A DNA stretch of 64,000 nucleotides from Candidatus Marinacidobacterium sp. GTDB taxonomy: Bacteria > Acidobacteriota > Vicinamibacteria > Marinacidobacterales > Marinacidobacteraceae. Under the pieces are notes generated by a model. That model made no database searches and was not told the DNA's origin. It saw only the letters and a list, made by a program, of their open reading frames with translations. A program made the position numbers and the translations under genes. Shown one piece after another: positions 22,310-32,161 of this stretch. The stretch covers positions 3,456,001 through 3,520,000 of the forward strand of contig OZ242011.1 of NCBI GenBank assembly GCA_965204755.1, read 5' to 3'. The stretch's first letter is position 1; every line of letters begins with the position of its first letter.

Positions 22310-24009
22310 AATTCCGTCCGTTCGGAACGCCGCCGCCCCCCGCCATGGCCCAGACGCCGCCGCCCAACCGGCCCCGGCGGCGCCCTGCCGCCGCCCGGGC
22401 CCTCTCCGTCCGGCTCCTCCCGTTCGGGCTCCTTCTCGTCGGCCCTCCGGCCTCGGCGGGGGCGCAGCCGGCGTCCCCGGAACTCGAAGAGGCCGCCGAG
22501 CGGCGTTTCCTGAGCGCCGAGCAGTTCTACCGGGGCGGGCGCCACGCGCAGGCGCTGCGGGACTACGAGACCGTGCTGCGGGCCATGGCGGAGAGCAGCC
22601 TCGCCGACGACGCCGCCCTCCGCATCGCGTTCCACCGGTTCGAGGTGGAAGCGAACCCGATGGCGGCGGCGGAGATGGCGGAGCGGGTGCTCACCGAGTT
22701 CCCGGCGGGGGACGCGATCCCCGGCGCGCACCTGCTCCTCGGGCGGATCGCCGCCGAGAGCGTGCCGCCGCGCCCGGAGGACGCCGCCGCGGAGTTCGAG
22801 CGCGCCCTGACCGCCGCCGGCCCGGAGGGCTCCGCCTGGTCGTTCGCGGCTCTCCACGGCATCGCCCGGGCCGCCGCCGGGCGGGCGGACGACGAGGAGG
22901 CTGCCGGCGCGCTCCTCTCCGCGCTCTACGAGACCGACGGCGGGGCCGCCGGCGAGCGGGAGCGGTTCGAGGCGCGGTACCTGCTCGCGCTGTCGCTCGC
23001 CCGCGCCGGCCGGAGCGAAGGGGCGCTCGGCGAACTCGCGCCGCTCCGCGCCGACCTGCTGCGCCGGGTCCGCGACCTGCCGGCGTCGGCGCCCGCGCCG
23101 GCCGGCGGGGCGGGGACGGCGGCCGCCGGCGCCCCCCCGGCGCGGGAAGGGGAGTGGGTCGCCGCGCTCGCCCGCCGGGCGGCGGCGCTCTCGCTGGCGA
23201 TGGCCCGGTTCCGCGACCCGGCCGGGCCCCGGTGGACCTTCGCCGGGGCGGTGCGCCCGCCGCGCCGCCTCGACGAGCCCCGGTCGCTCCGGCTCGCCGG
23301 CGGTCTCCTCCACCTGCTCGACCGGGACACCCGCGAAGTCCAGGTCTTCTCCGAGGACGGCGCCTTCGAGAAGTCCATGTCCACGCGAAATCCCTGGGCG
23401 CTGGCGGTGGATCCGGGACTCGGCGGGGAGGCGGAGTCCGACCCGGTGGTCATCGCCGCCGAGGACCTGCTCGTCGTCGGGGGCAACGGCCTGACCCTCC
23501 GGGCGCCCGACCGGGACGGCCGCGCCGAGCCCCTGCGCCGCATCCGGGCGGCGGCGGTGGCGCCGGAGGGCTACTGGGTCTGGGACGACCGCCGGGAACA
23601 GGTGCTGCGGTTCGCGCGCTCCGGGCTCTTCCTCGGCCCGGCGCCCCACCCGCCGCTGGAGCGGGTGCGCGTCATCGCCCGCCACCCCGAGGGACACCTG
23701 GTCGTGGTCACCGAGCGCGACGGGGTGTTCGCCTTCGCCGCCGACGGCCGGCGGGTCTTCCACCTCGACCGGGGGCCGGCCCTCGAAGACCCGGTGGACC
23801 TGGTGTTCGACGACTTGGGGCACTCCTACCTGCTCGACCGGGAGGGGCCGCGGGTCCTGGTCTTCGACCGGGAGTTCCGCGAAGTGGCCGCGGTCTCCGG
23901 CGAAGCGTTCGCCGGCGGGGTGCGGCGCCCGGTCTCGCTCGATGTGGGGGCGGACGGCGCGCTGTTCCTGCTCGACGAAGCCACCGGCGCGGTGGGGGTG
24001 CTCCGGTGA
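22303..24009 (+). CDS. Secreted TPR (BamD-like) + NHL/beta-propeller protein
   Basis: Signal-like N-terminus, TPR-like helices, repeated PxxLxxD..G..YLLD blades. Confidence 0.65.
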   Translation: MLKFRPFGTPPPPAMAQTPPPNRPRRRPAAARALSVRLLPFGLLLVGPPASAGAQPASPELEEAAERRFLSAEQFYRGGRHAQALRDYETVLRAMAESSLADDAALRIAFHRFEVEANPMAAAEMAERVLTEFPAGDAIPGAHLLLGRIAAESVPPRPEDAAAEFERALTAAGPEGSAWSFAALHGIARAAAGRADDEEAAGALLSALYETDGGAAGERERFEARYLLALSLARAGRSEGALGELAPLRADLLRRVRDLPASAPAPAGGAGTAAAGAPPAREGEWVAALARRAAALSLAMARFRDPAGPRWTFAGAVRPPRRLDEPRSLRLAGGLLHLLDRDTREVQVFSEDGAFEKSMSTRNPWALAVDPGLGGEAESDPVVIAAEDLLVVGGNGLTLRAPDRDGRAEPLRRIRAAAVAPEGYWVWDDRREQVLRFARSGLFLGPAPHPPLERVRVIARHPEGHLVVVTERDGVFAFAADGRRVFHLDRGPALEDPVDLVFDDLGHSYLLDREGPRVLVFDREFREVAAVSGEAFAGGVRRPVSLDVGADGALFLLDEATGAVGVLR

Positions 24010-26087
24010 TCGCGCGCCGGTCCGCCTCGTCCTCCGCCCCCGGGCGGCGGGCGCTCGGTCTCGCCCTCGGAGTCTTCCTCTTCGCGGCCCCGGCCGCCCC
24101 GGCCTCCGCTGCCCGGGGGCAGGAGGGCGAAACCCTGCGGATCGCCGCCCGGCTCCCGGAACTCCGCGCCTTCTCGGCGCTCCCGGACCGGGCGGCTTCG
24201 GCGCTGCTCGCCCTCGCCGAAGTGCTCGCCGCGTTCGACGAACGGCGGGACGCCGCCGGCGAGTTGCCGGCGATGGAGGCCGAGTTGTACCTGCGGGCGC
24301 TGGAGTACCGGGCCCGGGCCCACCTGACCCGCGGCGAAGTCGGCGAGGCGGCGGAGGACTTCCGGGCGGTGCTGCTGGCGGACCCCGGCTGGCGGCCGGA
24401 TGTGGCCGACATCACCCCCGCCGCGGTGGACCTCTTCGAGGCGGAGCGCGGCGAACTGGTGGCCTACCTCACGGTCGAGACCGACCCCCCGGGCGGGACG
24501 GTGTTCCTCGAGGAAGAACCCCTCGGGCAGACGCCGCTCGTCGCCCGGCCGGTGTTCGCCGGGACCCACGCCGTCCGCGTGGAGCGCCCCGGATACGCCG
24601 CGGTGGTGGAGCGGGCGGCGGACCTCTTCCCCGGCGAAGTGCTGGCGCTCTCGTGGGAACTCGACCGGGTCGGCCCGGTGCTCTCCGTCATCACCGCCCC
24701 GGCCGGGGTCACCGTCCGGGTGGACGGCCGGGTGGTGGGGCTGACCGGCGGCGCCCTGCCGGAGGACCTCCGGCCGGCGGTGCCGCCGCGCTTCGCCGAC
24801 GAGGTCTTCTCCGCTCCCCTGATGCTGTCCGGGCTGACCCTCGGCGAGCACGACATCACCCTGGAGGCGCCCTGCCGGCGGCCCTCCCGGTTCGTCTTCC
24901 ACGCGGACGAGCCGCGCGACTACCTGCCCCGGTTCGTCCGCCTCCGCCCCTCGACCGGGGGCCTCCGGATCGAGAGCGAGCCCAGCGGCGGGCGGGTCTG
25001 GCTGGACGGCGAGGAGCGGGGCGTGACGCCGCTCTCGTTCTCCGCGATGTGTTCCGGGGAGCACCGGGTGGACATCCGGCATCCCGCCGGGCGCTGCGTC
25101 CGGTCGGTTTCCGTCTCGCGCGGCAGCCGGTCGGCGGTGCGCTGCGCGCTGCGTCCGGTGGCGGCGCTCGACGGCGGCGGGCCGGAGGGCGCGGAGGCGC
25201 TCGCCGCCGTTCGCCGGGTGCTCGAAGGGAGCGAGGAGTTCTTCTTCGCCGGGGGACTGCCGGGGGAAGCGGAGGCCGCGGAAGTCCAGGCCCGGATCCG
25301 GGTGCGCCTGCCGCCGCCGGCCGCCGGCGAGGCCGCGGTGGAGTTCCTCGCCGCCGGATCGGCGGCGCCCGACCGCGCCGTCTTCGACCGCTTCGCCCCG
25401 GGAACCGCCGCCGCCGCCCTGCGCGGGCTGCTCGACCCGCCGGAGCGGCGGAGGCCCTGGATCGGGGCGGCGGTCGCCCTCCGCCGCCCCCCGGAGGGGC
25501 GGGCGCCGGTCCTCGAGATCGCTTCGGTGCGGCCGGAGGGCCCGGCCGGCCTCGCCGGGGTCGAGCCGGGAGACGAAGTCCGGCTCGCCGGGGGGGAGGA
25601 GGTGTTCGACGAACTGGGCTTCGCCCAACAACTCGCCCGCCACGAACCGGGGAGCGCCTTCGACCTGCTGGTCGCCCGGGACCGGGCCGAGCGCCGCCTC
25701 CGCCTGGTGGTCGCGGAGACCCCGGTGCTGCCGGCGCGCTCCGGCCACCGGTGCAACCGCCGGTTGACCGAGTTGGACGCGGCCGCCGCCCTCGGGGACG
25801 ACGATTCCTTCGACCGGCTGGAGGCCGGCGTCTGCCGGTTGCTGCTCGGGGACCCGGCCGGGGCGCTGTCCCGCGAGTTCCCGGAGGTCGAACTCCCGAT
25901 GGGGCCGGGGATCGGGCAGGGGACGCTCTTCTACTACCGGGGGCTGGCGCTGCTCGCCGCCGGGGAGCGCGAGCGCGCCGCCCGGGACTTCGCCGCCGCG
26001 GCGGAGGTCCCCGGCGCGACCCTGGTGACCCACGACGGGCCGCTGCTCGCCCCGCTCGCGCTGCGCCGCGCCGCCCGGCTGCGATGA
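24006..26087 (+). CDS. Secreted PEGA-repeat / PDZ / TPR protein
   Basis: VETDPPGGTVFL..LGQTP and IESEPSGGRVWLDG..GVTP (PEGA); GPAGLAGVEPGD (PDZ). Confidence 0.7.
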   Translation: MIARRSASSSAPGRRALGLALGVFLFAAPAAPASAARGQEGETLRIAARLPELRAFSALPDRAASALLALAEVLAAFDERRDAAGELPAMEAELYLRALEYRARAHLTRGEVGEAAEDFRAVLLADPGWRPDVADITPAAVDLFEAERGELVAYLTVETDPPGGTVFLEEEPLGQTPLVARPVFAGTHAVRVERPGYAAVVERAADLFPGEVLALSWELDRVGPVLSVITAPAGVTVRVDGRVVGLTGGALPEDLRPAVPPRFADEVFSAPLMLSGLTLGEHDITLEAPCRRPSRFVFHADEPRDYLPRFVRLRPSTGGLRIESEPSGGRVWLDGEERGVTPLSFSAMCSGEHRVDIRHPAGRCVRSVSVSRGSRSAVRCALRPVAALDGGGPEGAEALAAVRRVLEGSEEFFFAGGLPGEAEAAEVQARIRVRLPPPAAGEAAVEFLAAGSAAPDRAVFDRFAPGTAAAALRGLLDPPERRRPWIGAAVALRRPPEGRAPVLEIASVRPEGPAGLAGVEPGDEVRLAGGEEVFDELGFAQQLARHEPGSAFDLLVARDRAERRLRLVVAETPVLPARSGHRCNRRLTELDAAAALGDDDSFDRLEAGVCRLLLGDPAGALSREFPEVELPMGPGIGQGTLFYYRGLALLAAGERERAARDFAAAAEVPGATLVTHDGPLLAPLALRRAARLR

Positions 26088-26167
26088 CGGACTGGCCGCG
26101 ATGACGGACCGGCTGCGATGACCGACCGGCCGCGATGACCGACCGGCTGCGATGACCGACCGGCCCG
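26084..26167 (+). repeat. 17-bp tandem repeat x5 spanning a stop/start junction
   Basis: ATGAC(G/C)GAC(T/C)GGC(C/T)GCG units at 26084, 26101, 26118, 26135 and a partial unit at 26152. Confidence 0.9.
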
Positions 26168-27138
26168 ATCCGCCCGCCGGGGAGGCACCGCCGCCGCGCC
26201 CGGCGGAACGGGCCCGGCGCCCCTACGCGGTCGTGGTGGAAAACGAGCGCGCCGGCCGCTCTCCGGGGACGAGCGTGGCGCCGCCGTCGCGGTTCGAGAT
26301 CACCGCGCGGGAAACGATCGTCGGGCGGGATCCCTCCTGCGCCATCCGCCTCGACAACCTCTTCGTGAGCCGGCGGCATGCCCGCCTCCTGCTCCGGGGG
26401 GCGACGCTGCACCTCGACGACCTCGCCAGCACCAATGTGACCCGGCGGAACGGCGACCCGGTGTATACCCGGGTGCAGGTCCACCCCGGCGATGTCCTCC
26501 ACTTCGCCTCCGTCCGCTGCCGGGTGGTCGAGGCCTCGCCCCACCCCGACGACGAAGCCGCCGAGGAGCGACCGGCCGGGGCGGCCGAGTCCGCGGAGGG
26601 CGGTTCGGCCCCGCCGGAGGCGGGCGCGGCGCCGGTCGAGCCGGCCGAAGCGGCGTCCGTGCCCCTCCCGGCGGAGCCCCCGACAACGGCGCCCGCGTCA
26701 GGGGACGGCGAAGGGGAAGGGGAGGGGGAAGGCAGGGGCACCGAAGAGCCCGGCGCCCCGGCGTCCGCCGCCGAGGCGGAACCGGCCCGGCCGACGCCCG
26801 AGGGGGCGGGGGACGACCGCCCCGCCGAAGGGGCAGGCGAAGGAGAGGGGGCGCCCGGGGAGGGCGAGAGCGCCGGCGGCGGGGAGCCGGGACTCGAGGC
26901 TCCGCCGGCCCCGGGAGACGCCCCGGCTGCGCCCGTATTCCCGGCTGCGCCCGTATCTCCGGCTGCGCCGGTTTCCCCGGCTGCGCCGGCCCCTCCCGTC
27001 GTGCCCGTCGTCCGGGCGGGGCCGATCTTCGTGGCCGGCCCTCTTCCCGGAGAACCGCGCCGCACCCGGTTGCGCGCCGCGCTGTGGGGGCTGGCGCTCG
27101 CGGCGCTCGCGGCGCTCGCCGCGGTCGTCCTCCTCTGA
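26152..27138 (+). CDS. FHA-domain protein with low-complexity linker and C-terminal TM
   Basis: VGRD..C...VSRRHA...DLASTN FHA motif; hydrophobic C-terminus. Confidence 0.8.
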   Translation: MTDRPDPPAGEAPPPRPAERARRPYAVVVENERAGRSPGTSVAPPSRFEITARETIVGRDPSCAIRLDNLFVSRRHARLLLRGATLHLDDLASTNVTRRNGDPVYTRVQVHPGDVLHFASVRCRVVEASPHPDDEAAEERPAGAAESAEGGSAPPEAGAAPVEPAEAASVPLPAEPPTTAPASGDGEGEGEGEGRGTEEPGAPASAAEAEPARPTPEGAGDDRPAEGAGEGEGAPGEGESAGGGEPGLEAPPAPGDAPAAPVFPAAPVSPAAPVSPAAPAPPVVPVVRAGPIFVAGPLPGEPRRTRLRAALWGLALAALAALAAVVLL

Positions 27139-27148
27139 GCGCCCCGCG

Positions 27149-28162
27149 GTGACCCGGTCCGGGCCCGACCCCCCGGAGGCGTCCGCCGCCGGCCTCCCTC
27201 CCCGGCTGCCGCCGCCGGCGGTTCGTCCGGGGGCCACCGTCGGGGTCTTCGCCCCGGCGAGCCCGGTGCGGCCCGAGTTCCTCGAAGCCGGCGAGGCGGC
27301 GCTCCGCCGGCTGGGTTTCGAGCCCCGGCGGGCGCCGAACCTGCTGAAGCGCGCCGACTACACCGCCGGCGCCCCCGAAGAGCGGGCCTCGGACCTCCGC
27401 GCCCTGCTCGAGGACGACGAAGTGGCGGCGCTGTTCGCCGCGCGCGGGGGCTACGGCAGTCTGGACCTCCTCCCGCTCGTCGAGCCGGCCCTCCTGCGCC
27501 GGAACCCCAAGGCGATCCTCGGCGCGAGCGACGCCACCGCGCTGCTCGCCTGGGCGCGGCGGGCCGGGGTCACCGGCTTCTACGGGCCGATGGTGGCCCA
27601 GCAGATCGCCCGCGGCGAGGACGCCTTCGACGCCGGGGAACTCCTGGACGCGCTCGCCGCGGTCGAACCGGGGCTCCGCCTGCCCTGGCGGGGCGCCCGG
27701 TTCCTCCACCCCGGCGCCGCCGAAGGCGTCCTCGCCGGGGGCTGCCTCTCGCTCGTCGCCGCCCTCGCCGGAACCCCCTTCGAAATCCGCTTCGACGGGG
27801 CCGTCGCGCTCTTCGAAGACCTCGCGGTCAAGCCCTACCAGTTGGAGCGGATGCTCCGCCAACTCGACCTCGCCGGCGCGCTCCGGGGCGTCCGCGGGAT
27901 CGTGTTCGGGCAGATGCCCGGCTGCGTCCAGCACCCCGACCAGGGGTACGAGTTGCCCGATCTCCTGCGCCGCCTCACCGGGCGGTTCGAGGTCCCGGTG
28001 GTCTTCGGCTTCGCCGCCGGACATACCGACGGGGCGGCGGCCGACCCGGAGGCCGACCCGGAAGCCGACCCGGAGGCCCGGAAGTGCCGCACCGTCCCCC
28101 TCGGCGTCCGGGCGCGGCTGGACGGAGACGGCCTGACCCTGCTGGAGGCGGCGGTCGCTTGA
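27149..28162 (+). CDS. ldcA: LD-carboxypeptidase (S66)
   Basis: APAS, RGGYGS, GASDAT, GPMV, GGCLS, FED, GH. Confidence 0.88.
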   Translation: MTRSGPDPPEASAAGLPPRLPPPAVRPGATVGVFAPASPVRPEFLEAGEAALRRLGFEPRRAPNLLKRADYTAGAPEERASDLRALLEDDEVAALFAARGGYGSLDLLPLVEPALLRRNPKAILGASDATALLAWARRAGVTGFYGPMVAQQIARGEDAFDAGELLDALAAVEPGLRLPWRGARFLHPGAAEGVLAGGCLSLVAALAGTPFEIRFDGAVALFEDLAVKPYQLERMLRQLDLAGALRGVRGIVFGQMPGCVQHPDQGYELPDLLRRLTGRFEVPVVFGFAAGHTDGAAADPEADPEADPEARKCRTVPLGVRARLDGDGLTLLEAAVA

Positions 28163-29601
28163 TCCCGCCGCTCGCCCCGGGCGCCCGGATCCACCTGCTG
28201 GGCGCCGCCGGGACCGCGATGGCCTCCCTCGCCGGGCTGCTCTCCGCCCTCGGGTACCGGGTCTCCGGCTCCGACGAGCGCGCCTACCCGCCGATGTCCA
28301 CCCTGCTGGAGGACCTGGGCATCCCCCTCCGCGCGCCGTTTTCGGCGGACAACCTCCCGGCGGACGCCGCGGCGGTCGTCGTGGGGAACGCCGTCTCCCG
28401 CGGGAATCCGGAACTCGAGGCCGCGCTCGACCGGGGGGATCTGCTGGTCTCCTTCCCGGAGACCCTGCGGGAACTCGTCCTCCGGGAGCGCCGCCCGGCG
28501 GTCGTCGCCGGCACCCACGGGAAGACCACGACCACCTCCCTCCTCGCCTGGATCCTGCGGACCGCCGGCCGGGACATCGGCTACCTGGTGGGCGGGGTGG
28601 CGCCGGACCTCGGCGGGAGTTTCCGCCCCGGCGCCCCCGGCGAACCGTTCGTGGTCGAGGGCGACGAATACGACACCGCGTACTGGGACAAGGGGCCGAA
28701 GTTCCTCCACTACCTGCCGGAAGTCGCCGTCGTCGGGAATGTGGAGTTCGACCACGCGGACATCTACCCCGACTTCGCCGCGGTGCGGCGGGCGTTCTCG
28801 TTCCTCGCCCGGCTGCCGCCCCGCCGGGGCCTGCTCCTGCTCGGCGCCGACTCGCCGGCCGCGGCGGCGCTCGCCGAATACGCCCACACCACCGCGCGGA
28901 CCTTCGGCCTGTCCGAAGGGGCGGACTGGCGGGGCGTCCCGGAGTCGTCCGGGCCCTCGGGCACCCGCCTCGCGGTCCGCCGAGGCGGCGAGGCGCTGGC
29001 CCCGCTGGAGGGGAGGTTCTGGGGAGACGCCGGCTGCCGCAACCTGCTCGCGGCCGCCGCTGCAGCGGACTGGCTCGGCGCCCCCTGGGAGGCGGTGCGG
29101 GCGGCCGCGGCTTCCTTCCGGGGGGTGGCGCGCCGGCTGGAAGTCCTTTCGGATCGGGGGGAGGGAAGGGAGCGGATCGTGGTGGCGCGGGACTTCGCCC
29201 ACCACCCCACGGCGGTCGCTTCGGTGGTCGAGGCCGCCGGGAAGAGATGGCCGGGCGCCCGGATCGTCGCCGTCTTCGAGCCCCGTTCCTTCACCGCCCG
29301 GAGCCGGGTGTTCCAGCAGGAGTTCGCCGCCGCCTTCCGGGGCGCCGCCGCGGTGCTCCTCTCGGGCGCCCCGGAGGGCCGCGGCCGACCCTCGCGGGAG
29401 GCCTCCCGCCTCGACCTCCCGCGACTCGCGGAGGCGCTGGCCGCGGAGTGCGAGTCGGCGGCGGTCGCGGAAACCCCGGAAGACCTCGTGGAGCGCGCCG
29501 TCTCCCTCGCGGAGGCCGCCCCGCCGACCGTCCTCCTGTTCCTGTCGAACGGCCACTTCGCCGCAGTCCCCGAACAGGCCGCCGCCCGCCTCCGGGGCTG
29601 A
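28159..29601 (+). CDS. mpl: Murein peptide ligase
   Basis: GTAMASLA, YPPMST, GNAVSRGNPE, AGTHGKTTT, EGDEYDTA, DFAHHPTA, FEPRS. Confidence 0.88.
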   Translation: MIPPLAPGARIHLLGAAGTAMASLAGLLSALGYRVSGSDERAYPPMSTLLEDLGIPLRAPFSADNLPADAAAVVVGNAVSRGNPELEAALDRGDLLVSFPETLRELVLRERRPAVVAGTHGKTTTTSLLAWILRTAGRDIGYLVGGVAPDLGGSFRPGAPGEPFVVEGDEYDTAYWDKGPKFLHYLPEVAVVGNVEFDHADIYPDFAAVRRAFSFLARLPPRRGLLLLGADSPAAAALAEYAHTTARTFGLSEGADWRGVPESSGPSGTRLAVRRGGEALAPLEGRFWGDAGCRNLLAAAAAADWLGAPWEAVRAAAASFRGVARRLEVLSDRGEGRERIVVARDFAHHPTAVASVVEAAGKRWPGARIVAVFEPRSFTARSRVFQQEFAAAFRGAAAVLLSGAPEGRGRPSREASRLDLPRLAEALAAECESAAVAETPEDLVERAVSLAEAAPPTVLLFLSNGHFAAVPEQAAARLRG

Positions 29602-29660
29602 CGCGGCGGGCGTCCGGGGGGCCCGTCCGCCGGCGGGCGATTCCGGACAAATGTCTGGTT

Positions 29661-30395
29661 ATGGTTCCGGGCGTGAACACCCGGAGCGGGGCGGCCGCGC
29701 CGGCGCGGGCCGGCCGGAGGGTCGTCCGGCGCGGCGCGCCGACGAACGACCTGGTCCTGAGCGCCTACGCCGCGTCGAACGAGCAGGTGTTCCCGAAGGT
29801 CCTGGCGCTCTATGTCGCTCCCGGCAGCACCGTGGCCGATGTGACCCACGGGAAGGGGGTCTTCTGGCGGCTGGTGGCGCCGGCCCGCTACCGGTTACTG
29901 GCCACCGACCTCGGCGACGGGGTGGATTGCCGCGACCTTCCGTACGGGGACGAATCCGTGGATTGCGTGGTTCTCGACCCTCCGTACATGCATTCCCCGG
30001 GAGGGACGGCGCACTCCGGGCAAGAACCTTTCGAGTCCTACTACCGGAACAACGACGCGGGCCGCCGCGCTTCGGCGAAGTACCACGAAGCCGTGCTCGA
30101 ACTCTATGTGGACGCAGGCAGGGAAGCGCGGCGCGTATTGCGCGCCCGAGGCGTCTTCATCGTGAAGTGTCAGGACGAGGTCTGTTCCAACCGGCAGCGG
30201 TTCACGCATGTGGAACTCATGCGCGCATACGGGGAGATGGGTTTCGTCGCCGAAGACCTCTTCGTCGTCATGCGGAACAACCGACCGGGCGTCAGCCGGA
30301 CCGAGCGGCAGGTACACGCCCGGAAGAACCATTCGTACTTCCTCGTGTTCTGGAAGAGGGGAGAAGGAAGCGCGATCTGGAAACCGCCGGACTGA
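29661..30395 (+). CDS. Orphan amino (N6-A/N4-C) DNA methyltransferase (start uncertain)
   Basis: ADVTHGKGVFW SAM motif, LDPPY catalytic motif, RVLR..G. Confidence 0.75.
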   Translation: MVPGVNTRSGAAAPARAGRRVVRRGAPTNDLVLSAYAASNEQVFPKVLALYVAPGSTVADVTHGKGVFWRLVAPARYRLLATDLGDGVDCRDLPYGDESVDCVVLDPPYMHSPGGTAHSGQEPFESYYRNNDAGRRASAKYHEAVLELYVDAGREARRVLRARGVFIVKCQDEVCSNRQRFTHVELMRAYGEMGFVAEDLFVVMRNNRPGVSRTERQVHARKNHSYFLVFWKRGEGSAIWKPPD

Positions 30396-30430
30396 GCGCC
30401 GTCGAACGGCTCCCGCCGACTCCGGTTCGG

Positions 30431-30458
30431 CGATACCCCGGACGCGTTCCGGGTATCG
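30431..30458. terminator. Hairpin between convergent genes
   Basis: CGATACCCCGGA...TCCGGGTATCG imperfect inverted repeat; no U-tract. Confidence 0.35.
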
Positions 30459-30508
30459 GCGCGGGGTTCCGTCCCCGCTCCGCGGGTATCAGTCCCCGCT
30501 CCGCGGGA

Positions 30509-32161
30509 TCAATCCCTGCTGCGCGGGGGGCGGCCTTCCCGGACGAGGGGGCCGAGGACATCGGCGTCGAGGTCGGCGCGGCGGACGATGCGGGGGGTGA
30601 GCGTCAGGATGATGTCCGACTCCTGGGAGCGGTCGGTGGTGTTGCCGAAGAGCCGGCCGAGCAGCGGGAGGTCGGCGACCCCGGGGATCCCGTTCAGGGT
30701 GGTGCGCTCCTCCTGGCGGATCAGGCCGGCGATCATGCTGGTTTCGCCGTTCTGGAGGCGGAGGGTGGTTTCGACGGCGCGGTTCCCGAAAGTCGGCAGC
30801 CCGGAATACCCGGTGCCGGAAACATTGTCGAGCCGGACCTTCACTTCGAGGGTCACCGTGTCGTCGTGGTGGATGCGGGGCAGCACCTCGATGCTGACGC
30901 CGACATTCTCGTATTCGAAAGTCGTCGTCGGTTGTTGCGCGAGTCCCCCGGCGGCGATCGGGGCGAAGGTGGTCACCGGCACCGGGACCCGCTCGCCGAA
31001 GTCGGCGGTGGCGGTCTTGCCGTCCGAGGCCCTCAGTTGCGGGTTGGCGAGCACCTGCGTGTCGGTGTCGGTCTTCACCAGCCGCAGCACCGCCGCCGGC
31101 AGGCCGGTGACTTTCAGGTTGGAGACCGCGTAGGGATTGGTGAGCACGGTGTCCAGCCGGGGCGCGAGCGCGAGCGCGATCCCTTCGGAACCCGGACTCA
31201 GCAGCGGCACGCCGTATTGCTGCAGGTGGTCCCGGTTCACTTCCATCAACTCGACATCCACGATGACTTCGCCCGGGCTCCGGTCGAGCGCTTCCACGAT
31301 GCGGGCGGCGGCGCGCACCTGCTCCCAGGTGTCCACCATCGTGATGGAGTTCGTCCCGGCGTGCTGCGCGATCTGTCTCAGACCGAGCGTGAGGCGGAGC
31401 GCGTCCATGGTTTCCACGATGTCGGCGGTGGAGAGGTAGAAGGTCTGGACGACTTCCTGTTCGTAACGCGACCGCTTCTGCGGGGTGTCGGGTATGACGG
31501 TGATGAGTTCCGGTGATTCCACCCGGAAGAAGTGGCCGGTGGTCGAAGTGAGGCCGCGGAGCGCGTCTTCGAAGGTCGAGTCCTCGGCTTCGATGGACAC
31601 CGGCCGATCCACGAAGTCCTCGTCGAAGGCGATGTTCACGCCGCCGATCTCGCCGAGGGTGAGCAGCACGGCGCGGAGGCCGGCGTCCCGGAACACGAAA
31701 CTCGCCGGCGCGCGGGCGCCGTCGAGGAGGTCGAGGCCGAAGGGCCGGGCGAGCGTCCGTTCCTTGAGTTCCGCCAGCGTCGCCGCCCGGGCGGCGTCGT
31801 CCTGGGCCTCGGCCGCTTCGCGCGCTTCGACGAGCCGCCGCTGGTAGCCGGCGTCCTCGGGGGCGAAGAGGACCGCCGTCCGCAGTTCGTCCTCCGCGCC
31901 CCGGTAGTCCTCGGCGGCCATTCGCCGCTCGGCCTCGGCGGCGTGCTCCTCCGCCGCCCGCAGTTTCACCCGCGCCAGCGCCATCCGGGCTTCGGGGTCG
32001 TCGGGCGCCTCCTGCGCCGCCCGCGCATAGTGCGCCACCGCCTCGTCGTAGCGGCCCCTCCGCTCGGCGGCTTCCCCCGCGGTGAACGCCGGGCTGGTGG
32101 CGCAGCCGGCGAGGCCGGCGACCGCGAGGAGCGCCGCCGCGGCGGCGAGGGCCCGGTTCAT
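30509..32161 (-). CDS. Secretin (GspD/PilQ family) with lipobox and N-terminal TPR
   Basis: LAGC lipobox, QVLANPQL, FGERVP, YENVGV, GIPGVADLPLLGRLF, LTPRIV. Confidence 0.85.
   Translation of the reverse strand: MNRALAAAAALLAVAGLAGCATSPAFTAGEAAERRGRYDEAVAHYARAAQEAPDDPEARMALARVKLRAAEEHAAEAERRMAAEDYRGAEDELRTAVLFAPEDAGYQRRLVEAREAAEAQDDAARAATLAELKERTLARPFGLDLLDGARAPASFVFRDAGLRAVLLTLGEIGGVNIAFDEDFVDRPVSIEAEDSTFEDALRGLTSTTGHFFRVESPELITVIPDTPQKRSRYEQEVVQTFYLSTADIVETMDALRLTLGLRQIAQHAGTNSITMVDTWEQVRAAARIVEALDRSPGEVIVDVELMEVNRDHLQQYGVPLLSPGSEGIALALAPRLDTVLTNPYAVSNLKVTGLPAAVLRLVKTDTDTQVLANPQLRASDGKTATADFGERVPVPVTTFAPIAAGGLAQQPTTTFEYENVGVSIEVLPRIHHDDTVTLEVKVRLDNVSGTGYSGLPTFGNRAVETTLRLQNGETSMIAGLIRQEERTTLNGIPGVADLPLLGRLFGNTTDRSQESDIILTLTPRIVRRADLDADVLGPLVREGRPPRSRD

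Noticed and set aside
30471-30530. Type I-E CRISPR-like repeats (GTCCCCGCTCCGCGGG x2-3)
   Set aside because: Units are adjacent with no spacers and overlap the secretin stop; a local tandem duplication.
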